Shown here piece after piece: positions 19,133-27,677 of a DNA stretch of 64,000 nt; position 1 is the stretch's first letter, and every line of letters starts with the position of its first letter. The translations under genes and the position numbers were made by a program. The stretch comes from an uncultured Planctomycetota bacterium (GTDB lineage: Bacteria; Planctomycetota; PLA2; JAEUHO01), in assembly GCA_963752285.1 (NCBI GenBank), contig CAVVXN010000001.1, forward strand, positions 384,001-448,000. Reading direction: 5' to 3'. The notes beneath the pieces are model-generated. The model worked only from the letters and a program-made list of their open reading frames with translations, had not been told where the DNA came from and ran no database searches.

Positions 19133-20944
19133 CTATCGGAGCTCGAAGCCCGGGTTCTGCCCGAGGACGTAGAGGAGACCCCGGACGCGGTCGTCCACGT
19201 GGGTGGGGTTCGTCGGGTCGAACGGGCTCGGCACGATCGTGCCGTCGGCGAGGCGGTCGGTGTCGAGGTACTCCACGTAGAGGTCGTGTTGCTCGGGCGT
19301 CGGGGTGACGCCGAGCCGCTGCGCCAGGGCGTCCACGACCTCGGCGGAGGTCGGGGTCCCGGGCGGGAGCAGCGTGGCGACGTCGATGCCGAGCGTCTGC
19401 TGGAGGCTCCGGTTCACGATGCAGGTGCGCAGGAGGTTCGCGCGGTCCACCATGCCCTGCGCCGAGAGCCACTGGGGGCCTCCCGGCCAGCCGTTCACGT
19501 TGGGTGGCCGCGTCGGGACCTGGCCGAGACGGTCGAGTCGGTACTCGAGCTGGTCGAGGGGCATCACGAGGCCGGTCGAGTTGATGAACCCGACGGCCAT
19601 CTCGGTCGGGCCCTTCACGAGCCCCGCCTTCCCCTCGGGCGAGTAGAAGGCCTCGGAGAGGAAGAGGGCACGGAGCGCGGGGGCGAGCTCCCAGCCGCCG
19701 TCCTTCAGCACCTTCGCGAGCTGGTCCACGAGCTCGGGCGCCGGGGCGTCCATGCAGAAGTAGCGCAGCAGCGACAGCGCGATCCACCCGGCGACGTCGC
19801 GCTGGGAGAGGGTCAGGTCCACCACCGCCGCGTAGTCGTCCGTCGTGTTCTGACCGGGAATCGTCACCCCGAAGACGGTCTTGTCGCCGGGATCGTGACG
19901 GCTCGTGTCGAACGCCACGTCGAGCAGGCCCGTGTTCGCGTCTACGACGACCGTGCGGTAGCCCGTGAACGCCTTCGACGTCTGCACGATGTCGTCCTGG
20001 GTGTACCCGTTGTCCACGCCCAGCGCGAACAGCTCGTAGAACTCGCGGCCGTAGTTCTCGTTGGGCGCGCGCTTCGTGTTCTCGAGCCCGTTGAGCCACA
20101 TCAGCATCGCCCGGTCCCGGGAGACGGCGATCAGCAGGTCGCGGAGGTTTCCCGCGCCCGAGCCCCGGAGCAGGTCCACATGGTCCTTCATCCACCATGT
20201 GCTGCCGTTGGCGAGTACGTCCGAGGACGTGGCGAAGTGGTCGTGCCAGAAGAACCCGAGCACCTCCTGGAAGGTGTCCGGGTTCGTGAGCATGAGGTAG
20301 AGCCACCACTGGGAGAGCTGCCGGAGCGTCGGGAACTTGCCCTCCTCCCCGGGCGGGTCGGTGGGCCTGGCGAGGAGCGCGGCCGCCTGCTGCTCCTGTG
20401 GCGTGCTGCCGACGGCGGGGAAGGCGAGCATCGCGTCCACGTACGCGGGGAGGCCCGCGCCGACGAGCGCGTCGTAGCTCGCCTGCCGGACGCCCCAGTG
20501 CGTACGGCGGAGGAAGTGCCGGAGGTCGGCGTCCGTCAGGCCCTCCGCGGGCGCGAGCGACTTCGCGACGGGGTATCGCACCTCGACCCGCACGACCGCC
20601 TGCGCCTGCCCGGACGCGTTCGCGCCCGTGACCACGTAGTCCTTCGGGGGCGCGGCCGACGTCGGGGCGCCAAAGAGCGTGCCCGACGTCGGATCGACGA
20701 CGAGACCGGTCGGGAGTGGGGGCGCGACCGAGTACGAGGTCGGCGCGCCGCCCGTGAAGCTCGGCGTGTCGGCCGTCACGACGTCGCCGATCCGGTAGCG
20801 CACGTCGGGCTCGGCGTACGCCAGGCTCGCGGGCGGCGTTCCCGGGACCGAGGTCGTGCCGCCGCCTCCGCCTCCGCAGGCGGCGAGCAGGAGCAACGGG
20901 AAGAGGGCGGCGCGGCCTCGCGGCACGGGCGGTCGAACGGGCAT
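19133..20944 (-). CDS. DUF1800 family lipoprotein with N-terminal Ig-like domain (copy 1)
   Basis: Lipobox LAAC-GGGGGG; Ig segment PPLPTGLVVDPTSGTLFGAPT; HFLRRTHWG, FWHDHFAT, PNENYGREFYELFALG, PPNVNGW. Confidence 0.88.
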   Translation of the reverse strand: MPVRPPVPRGRAALFPLLLLAACGGGGGGTTSVPGTPPASLAYAEPDVRYRIGDVVTADTPSFTGGAPTSYSVAPPLPTGLVVDPTSGTLFGAPTSAAPPKDYVVTGANASGQAQAVVRVEVRYPVAKSLAPAEGLTDADLRHFLRRTHWGVRQASYDALVGAGLPAYVDAMLAFPAVGSTPQEQQAAALLARPTDPPGEEGKFPTLRQLSQWWLYLMLTNPDTFQEVLGFFWHDHFATSSDVLANGSTWWMKDHVDLLRGSGAGNLRDLLIAVSRDRAMLMWLNGLENTKRAPNENYGREFYELFALGVDNGYTQDDIVQTSKAFTGYRTVVVDANTGLLDVAFDTSRHDPGDKTVFGVTIPGQNTTDDYAAVVDLTLSQRDVAGWIALSLLRYFCMDAPAPELVDQLAKVLKDGGWELAPALRALFLSEAFYSPEGKAGLVKGPTEMAVGFINSTGLVMPLDQLEYRLDRLGQVPTRPPNVNGWPGGPQWLSAQGMVDRANLLRTCIVNRSLQQTLGIDVATLLPPGTPTSAEVVDALAQRLGVTPTPEQHDLYVEYLDTDRLADGTIVPSPFDPTNPTHVDDRVRGLLYVLGQNPGFELR

Positions 20945-21180
20945 TTCGTCCCTCCGCGGTACGCCCCGGTCGGTTCCGGGGCGTTCGTTGGTACCCGCGG
21001 GAGGGAGATGGGTTTCGACCGGACCTCGCCCGCGGCCCCCAGATCCTCCGTGTGCCGTCCGAGCCGCCGGGCCCGGTCGCGTCGCCCTTGCCCGGGCGCC
21101 ACTCTGCCACGCGACGAGGGACCCGGTCCGGGAACTGGGCCCAAGGTCCCGCCTCGCCGGCGCGGTCCCGCCGGCGGGCA

Positions 21181-22491
21181 TCAGCCCACCACGTGGACCG
21201 GCGTCACGACGGGCTGGGGCTCGGGGAAGACGGGCGCGGGATCTACGCCCAGGTGCTCGCCGAGCAGCGAGCGGTACACGTCGCGGAAGTCCACGGCGTA
21301 GTCCAGGTACTCGAGGTCGAGGTCCGCGTCCGTGAGCTCGGGCCCGTACGCGCCGCCGCGGACGGCGCCGCCGGCGAGCAGGAACACGTTGCCGTGGCCG
21401 TGGTCGGTGCCGCCGGACGCGTTGATGTACGTGCGCCGGCCGAACTCCGAGATCACCACGATCGCCGTACGGTCCCACACGCCCATGGCGCGGAGGTCCG
21501 TGGCCAGGCCGCCGATGCCGCCGTCGAGCCACGAGAAGAGGTTCGCCTGCGTCCCCGTCGTCGTGCCCTGGTTGCCGTGCGTGTCGAAGCCGCCGTATCC
21601 CGTGTAGAAGATCCGCGTCTCGAACCCGAAGTTCACGAGCGTCGCGATGTCGCGGAGGTTCCGCTGGATCGTGCGGAGCGTGCCGGTCCCGCCCGTGTAG
21701 TCGGCCGTGCTCCCGAGCGCCGCGTACGCGTCCACGGCCGCGGCGACCTGGTCCGCGAGCGCGTAGCCCTGCGCCAGCGCGTCCGCCGCGTCGCCCGCCG
21801 GGCCCGTCCGCGGGTACCGGTCGAGCATGCTCCGGAGCATCTCGACGCGGCGGACGTGGTCGTTTCGGTACGCGCCGTCCGTCTTGTAGGCGAAGCTCGA
21901 CAGACGGTCCACGAGGAACGAGTCGGTGTGGCCGCCGACGAAGTCGCGGCGCCGGCCCACGCCCACGCTGGCCGCGCCCATGGGCGTCGGCGCGTACAGG
22001 TCGGCGAAGCGAGCCACCCACCCGCTCGGCGAGAGCCCGAGCGGCGCGAAGGAGCCGCGCACGCCGTACGAGTAGATGTCCTCGCTCGTGAAGTGGGAGA
22101 GGTTCGCGTTGGGGTAGCCCACCTTCTCCACGAAGGCCGCCTCGCCCTGGTCCCAGAGCGCGGCGAGGTTCGAGAAGGACGGGTGGAGGCGGTACGTCGT
22201 GGTGGGCGCCGGCCCGCCGCCGAGCGCCAGCGCGTCCGTCTCGGCGATCGCGAGCGTCTCGCGGCGGTCGTAGTACCGCGTGAGCGAGGTCGGGATCACC
22301 ATGTTGAGCCCGTCGTTCCCCCCGAGCAGGTTCACGACGATCAGGATCGGGTCGGCGCTGGGCGCGCCCGTCGCTTCGGGCATCCACCGCGCTCCGAGGG
22401 GCCCGAGGGCCGCCAGGCCGAGGCCGGCGCCGGCGAAGGCGAGGACGTCGCGACGGCTGAGATCGCCGCGCTTTCCGTGCGAGGTGGTCAT
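21181..22491 (-). CDS. DUF1501 family protein with Tat signal (copy 2)
   Basis: SRRDVL; GGNDGLN, NLSHFTS, GGFDTH, SEFGRR, GTDHG, VDFRDVY. Confidence 0.88.
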   Translation of the reverse strand: MTTSHGKRGDLSRRDVLAFAGAGLGLAALGPLGARWMPEATGAPSADPILIVVNLLGGNDGLNMVIPTSLTRYYDRRETLAIAETDALALGGGPAPTTTYRLHPSFSNLAALWDQGEAAFVEKVGYPNANLSHFTSEDIYSYGVRGSFAPLGLSPSGWVARFADLYAPTPMGAASVGVGRRRDFVGGHTDSFLVDRLSSFAYKTDGAYRNDHVRRVEMLRSMLDRYPRTGPAGDAADALAQGYALADQVAAAVDAYAALGSTADYTGGTGTLRTIQRNLRDIATLVNFGFETRIFYTGYGGFDTHGNQGTTTGTQANLFSWLDGGIGGLATDLRAMGVWDRTAIVVISEFGRRTYINASGGTDHGHGNVFLLAGGAVRGGAYGPELTDADLDLEYLDYAVDFRDVYRSLLGEHLGVDPAPVFPEPQPVVTPVHVVG

Positions 22492-22524
22492 CTGGGAGCT
22501 TCCCTTCTTCGGTCGAACCCGCGT

Positions 22525-24105
22525 TCAGCGGAGCATGTAGGTGGGGTGCTGGGCGAGCATGTAGAGGAGACCCCGGACCCGCTCGTCCACGTGCTGGGGG
22601 TTCGTGGCGTCGAACGGGTCGTCCGTGTCGGTGCCGTCGGACTCGCGGTGGGTGTCGAGGTACCGGACGAGGTCGGCCCGGTCGGCGGAGGTCAACGTGA
22701 CCTGGAGGACCCGCGCGAGGCGGTCCACGACCTCGCCGGCCGTGGGCGTGCCCGGCGGCAGGAGCGTCGCCACGTCGTAGCCCGCGGCGGCCTGGTCCTG
22801 GCGGTCCACGATCACGTCCCGCACGAAGTTGGCGCGGTTGACCATGCCCTGGGCCGAGAGCCACAGCGCGCCGTTCGGCCAGCCGTTGACGTTCGGGGGC
22901 TGGGTCGGCACCTGGGCCATCCCCTCGAGCTCCGACCGGAAAGCACTCGCCTGCCATGCGCCGGTCGTGTGGTCCACGAGCGGGAGGTTCGTCGCACGGT
23001 TCCACCCCATGACGAACTCGACGGGGCTCTTCACGCGGCCCTGGCGGGCGCGCGGCGAGGAGAAGGCCTCCGAGAGGAACATCGCGCGGAGGGCCGGCGC
23101 GAGCTCGTAGCCGTTCGTCCGGAGGATCTGGGCGAGCTGGGACACGACGTCGTCGGGCGGATTCTCGTAGCAGAACCACGACAGCAAGGACCGCGCGAAC
23201 CATTCCGCGGCGGGGCGCTGGGCAAAGGTGAGATCGACCATGGCCTGGTAGTCGTCGGTCAGGTTCTGCCCCGGGATCGTCACGCCGAACACGGTCTTGT
23301 CGCCCGGGTCGTGGCGATTCGGGTCGAAGACGACGCCGCTCAGGCCCGTGTCCGGGTCGAGCGTGACCTGCTTGTAGCCCGTGAAGGCGCGTGCGGCCTG
23401 GACGATGTCGTCCTGCGTGTAGCCGTTGTCCACGCCGAGGCAGAACAGCTCGAGGAACTCGCGGCCGTAGTTCTCGTTGGGCGCGCGACTCGTGCTCGAG
23501 ATGCCGTCCAGCCAGCGGAGCATCGCCCAGTCCCGCGACACGTCCAGGACCAGCTGCTTCAGGTTGCCCGCACCCTCGGCGCGCAGGAGGTCCAGGTGGG
23601 TCTTCATCCACCAGAGGTTGCCGCCCTCCAGGACGTCGGACGACGTGGCGAAGTGGTCGTGCCAGAAGAAGGCGAGGACCTCCTGGAAGGGGTTCTCGTC
23701 GTGCGCCATCAGGTAGAGGGCCCACTGCGAGAGGTCCTGGGTGCTCGGGAACTGGCCCTCCTCGCCGGGCGGGTCCTCCGCGTGGACGAGGAGCTGGCCG
23801 GCGTCCTGCTCCCACGCCGTGCTCCCGGGCGCGGGGAGCTGGAGCATGGCGTCCACGTACGCCGGGAGCCCCATCGACTGGAGTCGCGACCAGGACGAGT
23901 CGGTGTACGCCCACTCCGCTACGACGAGGAAGTGCTCGAGCTCGGCCTCCGTCCACGAGGACTTCGGCGCCATCGAGCCGTACGCGAGCGGCGGCTCCGC
24001 CGCGACGGACGACCCGCCGCCTCCGCCGCACGCCGCGAGCGGCGCGCTCGAGATCAGCAGGAGCGCGAGGATCCCTCCCCTCGACGTCGGTCGCAGTCGC
24101 GGCAT
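22525..24105 (-). CDS. DUF1800 family lipoprotein (copy 2, no Ig domain)
   Basis: ATG after GGGAGG; lipobox LAAC-GGGGG; FWHDHFAT, PNENYGREFLELFCLG, KSPVEF, PPNVNGW. Confidence 0.88.
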   Translation of the reverse strand: MPRLRPTSRGGILALLLISSAPLAACGGGGGSSVAAEPPLAYGSMAPKSSWTEAELEHFLVVAEWAYTDSSWSRLQSMGLPAYVDAMLQLPAPGSTAWEQDAGQLLVHAEDPPGEEGQFPSTQDLSQWALYLMAHDENPFQEVLAFFWHDHFATSSDVLEGGNLWWMKTHLDLLRAEGAGNLKQLVLDVSRDWAMLRWLDGISSTSRAPNENYGREFLELFCLGVDNGYTQDDIVQAARAFTGYKQVTLDPDTGLSGVVFDPNRHDPGDKTVFGVTIPGQNLTDDYQAMVDLTFAQRPAAEWFARSLLSWFCYENPPDDVVSQLAQILRTNGYELAPALRAMFLSEAFSSPRARQGRVKSPVEFVMGWNRATNLPLVDHTTGAWQASAFRSELEGMAQVPTQPPNVNGWPNGALWLSAQGMVNRANFVRDVIVDRQDQAAAGYDVATLLPPGTPTAGEVVDRLARVLQVTLTSADRADLVRYLDTHRESDGTDTDDPFDATNPQHVDERVRGLLYMLAQHPTYMLR

Positions 24106-24420
24106 GGCGGCCTCCCTCGGCCCCCCTCCGGGAGCCGCGCCTCTGGCCTCCACCCGTCCCGAATCGAGTCCCTCCCGCGGGGGGATTCGAGCCCGCATCC
24201 GGGGGAACGACCAGCGACCACCTCGCGCGTCTGAACACGTTGGCGATCCGTGGGACGCGTGCGCGGCGCAGAACGCGGCGCGGACGGACCGCGCGACGCC
24301 TGTTTGCGCGCGGTGCCGCGCGACGCCCGTTCGCGACGTGCGGACGCGCGGGCCGGTTCGGCCGCGCCGAGGGACACGAACCCGTCCGTCCCGCCGTCCG
24401 GGGACGGCGAGGCGGGTCCG

Positions 24421-25608
24421 TCAGACCACGCGCTCGACCAGCGCGGCGAGCCCGAGCCCGCCGCTGATGCAGAGCGTCGCGACGCCGAGGCGGTCGCCCC
24501 GCTCCTCCATCGCGTGGAGGAGCGTGACGAGGATCCGGCATCCGGTCGCGCCGATGGGGTGGCCGAGGGCGATCGCGCCGCCCTTCACGTTCAGGCGCTC
24601 CTCGTCGATCCCGAGCTCTCGGTTGCACGCCAGCACCTGCGCGGCGAACGCCTCGTTGAGCTCCCAGAGGTCCACGTCCTCCTTCGCGACGCCCGTCTGC
24701 TCGAGCAGCGCCCGCACGGCCGGCACCGGGCCGAGGCCCATCACCTGGGGATCGACCCCGGCCTCGGTGAACGCGCGCAGCCGCGCCATCGGCCTCACAC
24801 CGAGGCGCGCGACCGCGTCGCGGCTCAGGACGACCACCGCCGCGGCGCCGTCCGTGATGCCGCTCGAGTTGCCCGCATGGACGGTCCCGTTCTCGCGGAA
24901 GACCGGGGGCAGCTTGGCCAGGGACGCCATCGTGATGCCGTCGCGCGCGTGCTCGTCCTGGTCGAAGAGGGTCTCGTTTCCCTTGCGGTCGCGGATCGGG
25001 ATCGGCGCCTTCTCGGCGTCGAAGCCGCCGCGCTTCCGCGCGGCCTCGCACCGCTGCTGGCTTCGCGCGGCGTACGCGTCCTGCTCTTCGCGCGGGATCT
25101 GGTAGCGATCGACCAGGTTCTCGGCGGTCGCGCCCATCACCTGCTCGGCGAGCGGGCAGAAGAACCCGTCCTTGTACATGCCGTCCACGATCGCGGCGTC
25201 GCCGAGCCGGTACCCCCACCGCGCGCGCGGCAGGAGGTAGGGCGTGTTCGACATGCTCTCCATGCCGCCGGCGAGGACGACCTCGGCCTGCCCCAGCCGG
25301 ATCGCGTCGGCGCCGAGGAGGACCGACTTGAGGCCGCTCCCGCACGCCATGTTGACGCTGAACGCCGGCCGTTCCACGGGCACCCCGGCGCGGACCGAGA
25401 CCTGGCGGGCCGTCCCGGGTCCCTGTCCGCCCTGCCGGCCGTGACCGAATATGGTCTGGTCCACGTCGGCCGGGGCGATGCCCGCTCGCTCGAGCGCGGC
25501 CTTGGCGGCGTGGATGCCGAGGTCGGGCGCCGAGAGATGGGAGAGGGAGCCGCCGTAGCGGCCGATGGGCGTCCGGACGGCGCCCGCCAGGAATACGTCC
25601 TCGATCAT
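24421..25608 (-). CDS. Acetyl-CoA C-acetyltransferase (thiolase)
   Basis: AVRTPIG, NMACGSG, GGMESMS, NEAFA, GGAIALGHPIGATG, LCISGG; start may instead be GTG 25623. Confidence 0.95.
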   Translation of the reverse strand: MIEDVFLAGAVRTPIGRYGGSLSHLSAPDLGIHAAKAALERAGIAPADVDQTIFGHGRQGGQGPGTARQVSVRAGVPVERPAFSVNMACGSGLKSVLLGADAIRLGQAEVVLAGGMESMSNTPYLLPRARWGYRLGDAAIVDGMYKDGFFCPLAEQVMGATAENLVDRYQIPREEQDAYAARSQQRCEAARKRGGFDAEKAPIPIRDRKGNETLFDQDEHARDGITMASLAKLPPVFRENGTVHAGNSSGITDGAAAVVVLSRDAVARLGVRPMARLRAFTEAGVDPQVMGLGPVPAVRALLEQTGVAKEDVDLWELNEAFAAQVLACNRELGIDEERLNVKGGAIALGHPIGATGCRILVTLLHAMEERGDRLGVATLCISGGLGLAALVERVV

Positions 25609-25734
25609 CCGCGCGATCTCCACGGCCTCGCCGGGGCGATGCTACCGGTTCCCGTGTGGGAGACCCCCCCCGTCCGGGGAGCGCTTGGCGTCCGCGGCCG
25701 CTCCGGTACCTTTCCTCCTCTCAGAGGAGGCGCG

Positions 25735-26949
25735 ATGGCCGCCAGGAAGTCCACCGGGGGCAAGAAGGCGTCCGGCGCCAAGAAGAAGCCCGCCGCCCAG
25801 CCCGCGGCGCCGAAGGCGGCCGCGAAGAAGGCGACGCGGAAGAAGGCGCCGGCGGCCGCGCCGGCGAAGCGGAAGGCCGCCCCGCGCGCGAAGAAGCCCG
25901 CCCCGGAGGCGACGGCGCCCGCCGAGAAGCGGCTCGTCGAGGAGGTCGCCGCCGCCGCGCCGGACGAGCCGGTCGCGGCGCGCGACGACGCGGCGGCGCC
26001 GGCCAAGGGCGCCGAGGCGGCCGAGGGCGCCGAGGGCGCCGGTACGGTCCAGGAGGTCGCCGCGCCGCCCCGTCGCGCGCGACGCGTGCCTCCGATGCCG
26101 CCCCGGCGGGCCGACGGGACCATCACGGTCGCGCTCTCCCCGGACGCGGACGACGCGTTCATGTTCTACGCGCTCGCTGCCGGCAAGGTGGACACGCAGG
26201 ACCGTCGCTACGAGCTCGTGCGCGAGGAGATCCAGGTCCTGAACGAGCGCGCGCGGGAGGGCGTCCACGACGTCACCGCGATCTCCTTCGGCGCGTTCCC
26301 CCACCTCGAGGACCGGTATCTCCTCCTCACCTGCGGCGCGTCGTTCGGGGACGGTCGCGGGCCCGTGCTCGTCGCGAAGACCCCGATCCGCACGAACGAG
26401 GTGAACGGGCTGACCGTCGCGGTGCCGGGTCTCCTGACGACCGCGGCCCTCGCCCTGCGCCTCTGGTTGCCGCACGCCAACCTGAACCTCGTCGAGGTCC
26501 CGTTCGACGACGTGGTGGACGCCGTGCGCTCGGGGCGGACCCGCGCGGGCGTGCTGATCCACGAGCGGCAGCTCACGTGGCGCGAGGACAACCTCGTGCG
26601 CATCGTCGACTTCGCCCAGTGGTGGGGCGAGAAGACGGAGGGCCTGCCGCTGCCGCTCGGCGCGAACGCGATCCGGCGCGACATCCCCGAGGAGGAGCGC
26701 ACCGAGATCGCGCTCGACATCAAGCGCTCGATCGCCTACGGCCTCGGCCACCGCGAGGAGGCACTGGACCACGCGATGCACTACGCGAAGGGCATCGACA
26801 AGAAGCTCGTGGACGAGTACGTCGGGATGTACGTGAACGAGCTCGCGCTCGACTACGCGGAGCGCGGCCGCCAGGCCGTCCGCCACTTCTTCGAAGAGGC
26901 GAAGCGGTTTCGACTCGTTCCTCCCGACCTCGAACCCGACTTCGCATAG
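25735..26949 (+). CDS. mqnD: MqnD-family 1,4-dihydroxy-6-naphthoate synthase (futalosine pathway) with ~129-aa low-complexity N-terminal extension
   Basis: GAGGAGG RBS; SPDADDAFMFYAL, GASFGDGRGP, TTAAL, LIHE, LPLPLG, YVGMYVNE. Confidence 0.8.
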   Translation: MAARKSTGGKKASGAKKKPAAQPAAPKAAAKKATRKKAPAAAPAKRKAAPRAKKPAPEATAPAEKRLVEEVAAAAPDEPVAARDDAAAPAKGAEAAEGAEGAGTVQEVAAPPRRARRVPPMPPRRADGTITVALSPDADDAFMFYALAAGKVDTQDRRYELVREEIQVLNERAREGVHDVTAISFGAFPHLEDRYLLLTCGASFGDGRGPVLVAKTPIRTNEVNGLTVAVPGLLTTAALALRLWLPHANLNLVEVPFDDVVDAVRSGRTRAGVLIHERQLTWREDNLVRIVDFAQWWGEKTEGLPLPLGANAIRRDIPEEERTEIALDIKRSIAYGLGHREEALDHAMHYAKGIDKKLVDEYVGMYVNELALDYAERGRQAVRHFFEEAKRFRLVPPDLEPDFA

Positions 26950-27054
26950 CCCGGCGCGCTGAGAGCCACGTTCGCGGCCCTTCCTCCTCCTTGCGTGCCT
27001 TCGCACGCGGCGTCGTCGTCATGGCCACTCCTTGTGGCTCTCAGCGCGCCGGGC
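26949..27054 (-). repeat. Palindromic stem-loop element, copy A (21-bp perfect arms around a 64-bp core)
   Basis: Arms 26949-26969 and 27034-27054 are exact reverse complements; core 26970-27033 is 63/64 identical to the reverse complement of 27541-27604. Confidence 0.9.
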
Positions 27055-27259
27055 CCGGTGGGGACGCGTGGGCGTTCGGGCTCGCGGGCCCGCCTTCGGC
27101 GGGGCCGCATCGCGCCGACCGCGATACGTACGGGGGGCCGCATCGCGCGGGCCGTCGTTGGCTGGCGGATGCGGGATTCGGGACGTACGACGTACGCCCT
27201 ACTCCCGACCGGCGGCGGAGGGCGCATGCGGCGAAGCCGCGAGCCCGTCCCGGTACCGC

Positions 27260-27515
27260 CGCGATGCGGCGCCGCCGCAGGCGGCCCCGCGAGCCCCGCC
27301 GCGCCCCGCCGCGCCGCGCCCGCGCGATGCGGCGCCGCCGCAGGCGGCCCCGCGAGCCCCGCCGCGCCGCGCCCCCGCCACGCCCGCGCGATGCGGCGCC
27401 GCCGCAGGCGGCCCCGCGAGCCCCGCCGCGCCCCGCCCCCGCCACGCCCGCGCGATGCGGCGCCGCCGCAGGCGGCCCCGCGAGCCCCGCCGCGCCCCGC
27501 CCCCGCCACGCCCGC
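27260..27515. repeat. Tandem repeat, 4 copies of a 63-64-bp GC-rich unit
   Basis: GCGATGCGGCGCCGCCGCAGGCGGCCCCGCGAGCCCCGCCGCGCC... starts at 27261, 27324, 27388 and 27452; internal hairpin TGCGGC-gcc-GCCGCA. Confidence 0.92.
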
Positions 27516-27520
27516 AACCG

Positions 27521-27624
27521 CCCGGCGCGCGGAGAGGTCAAAGGAGTGGCCATGACGACGACGCCGCGTGCGAATGCACGCAAGGAGGAGGAAGGGCCGC
27601 GAACTGACCTCTCCGCGCGCCGGG
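27521..27624 (+). repeat. Palindromic stem-loop element, copy B (20-bp perfect arms around a 64-bp core)
   Basis: Arms 27521-27540 and 27605-27624 are exact reverse complements; core is AAGGAGTGGCCATGACGACGACGCC...GGGCCGCGAAC. Confidence 0.9.
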
Positions 27625-27677
27625 ATGTGACCGGCGGGGAGGGAGGGGCGATGTAGGGCGGGACCCGGACGGAGTCC

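Noticed and set aside
24421..25608. Thiolase as a dedicated part of the mevalonate operon
   Set aside because: It lies over 33 kb away and could equally serve acyl-CoA catabolism
25714..25730. Hairpin CCTCCTC-TCA-GAGGAGG hiding the mqnD Shine-Dalgarno (thermometer or riboswitch idea)
   Set aside because: A TACCTT -10-like box at 25707-25712 would start transcription inside the 5' arm; only a 3-nt loop and no aptamer-like region
27260..27515. Tandem array as a CRISPR array
   Set aside because: The segments between constant parts are near-identical and low-complexity rather than unique spacers; no AT-rich leader and no cas genes in the window
27552..27656. 34-aa ORF MTTTPRANARKEEEG... behind AAGGAG in stem-loop copy B
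   Set aside because: It lies inside a palindromic repeat, and the equivalent frame in copy A runs antisense into mqnD with a different length; no independent coding evidence
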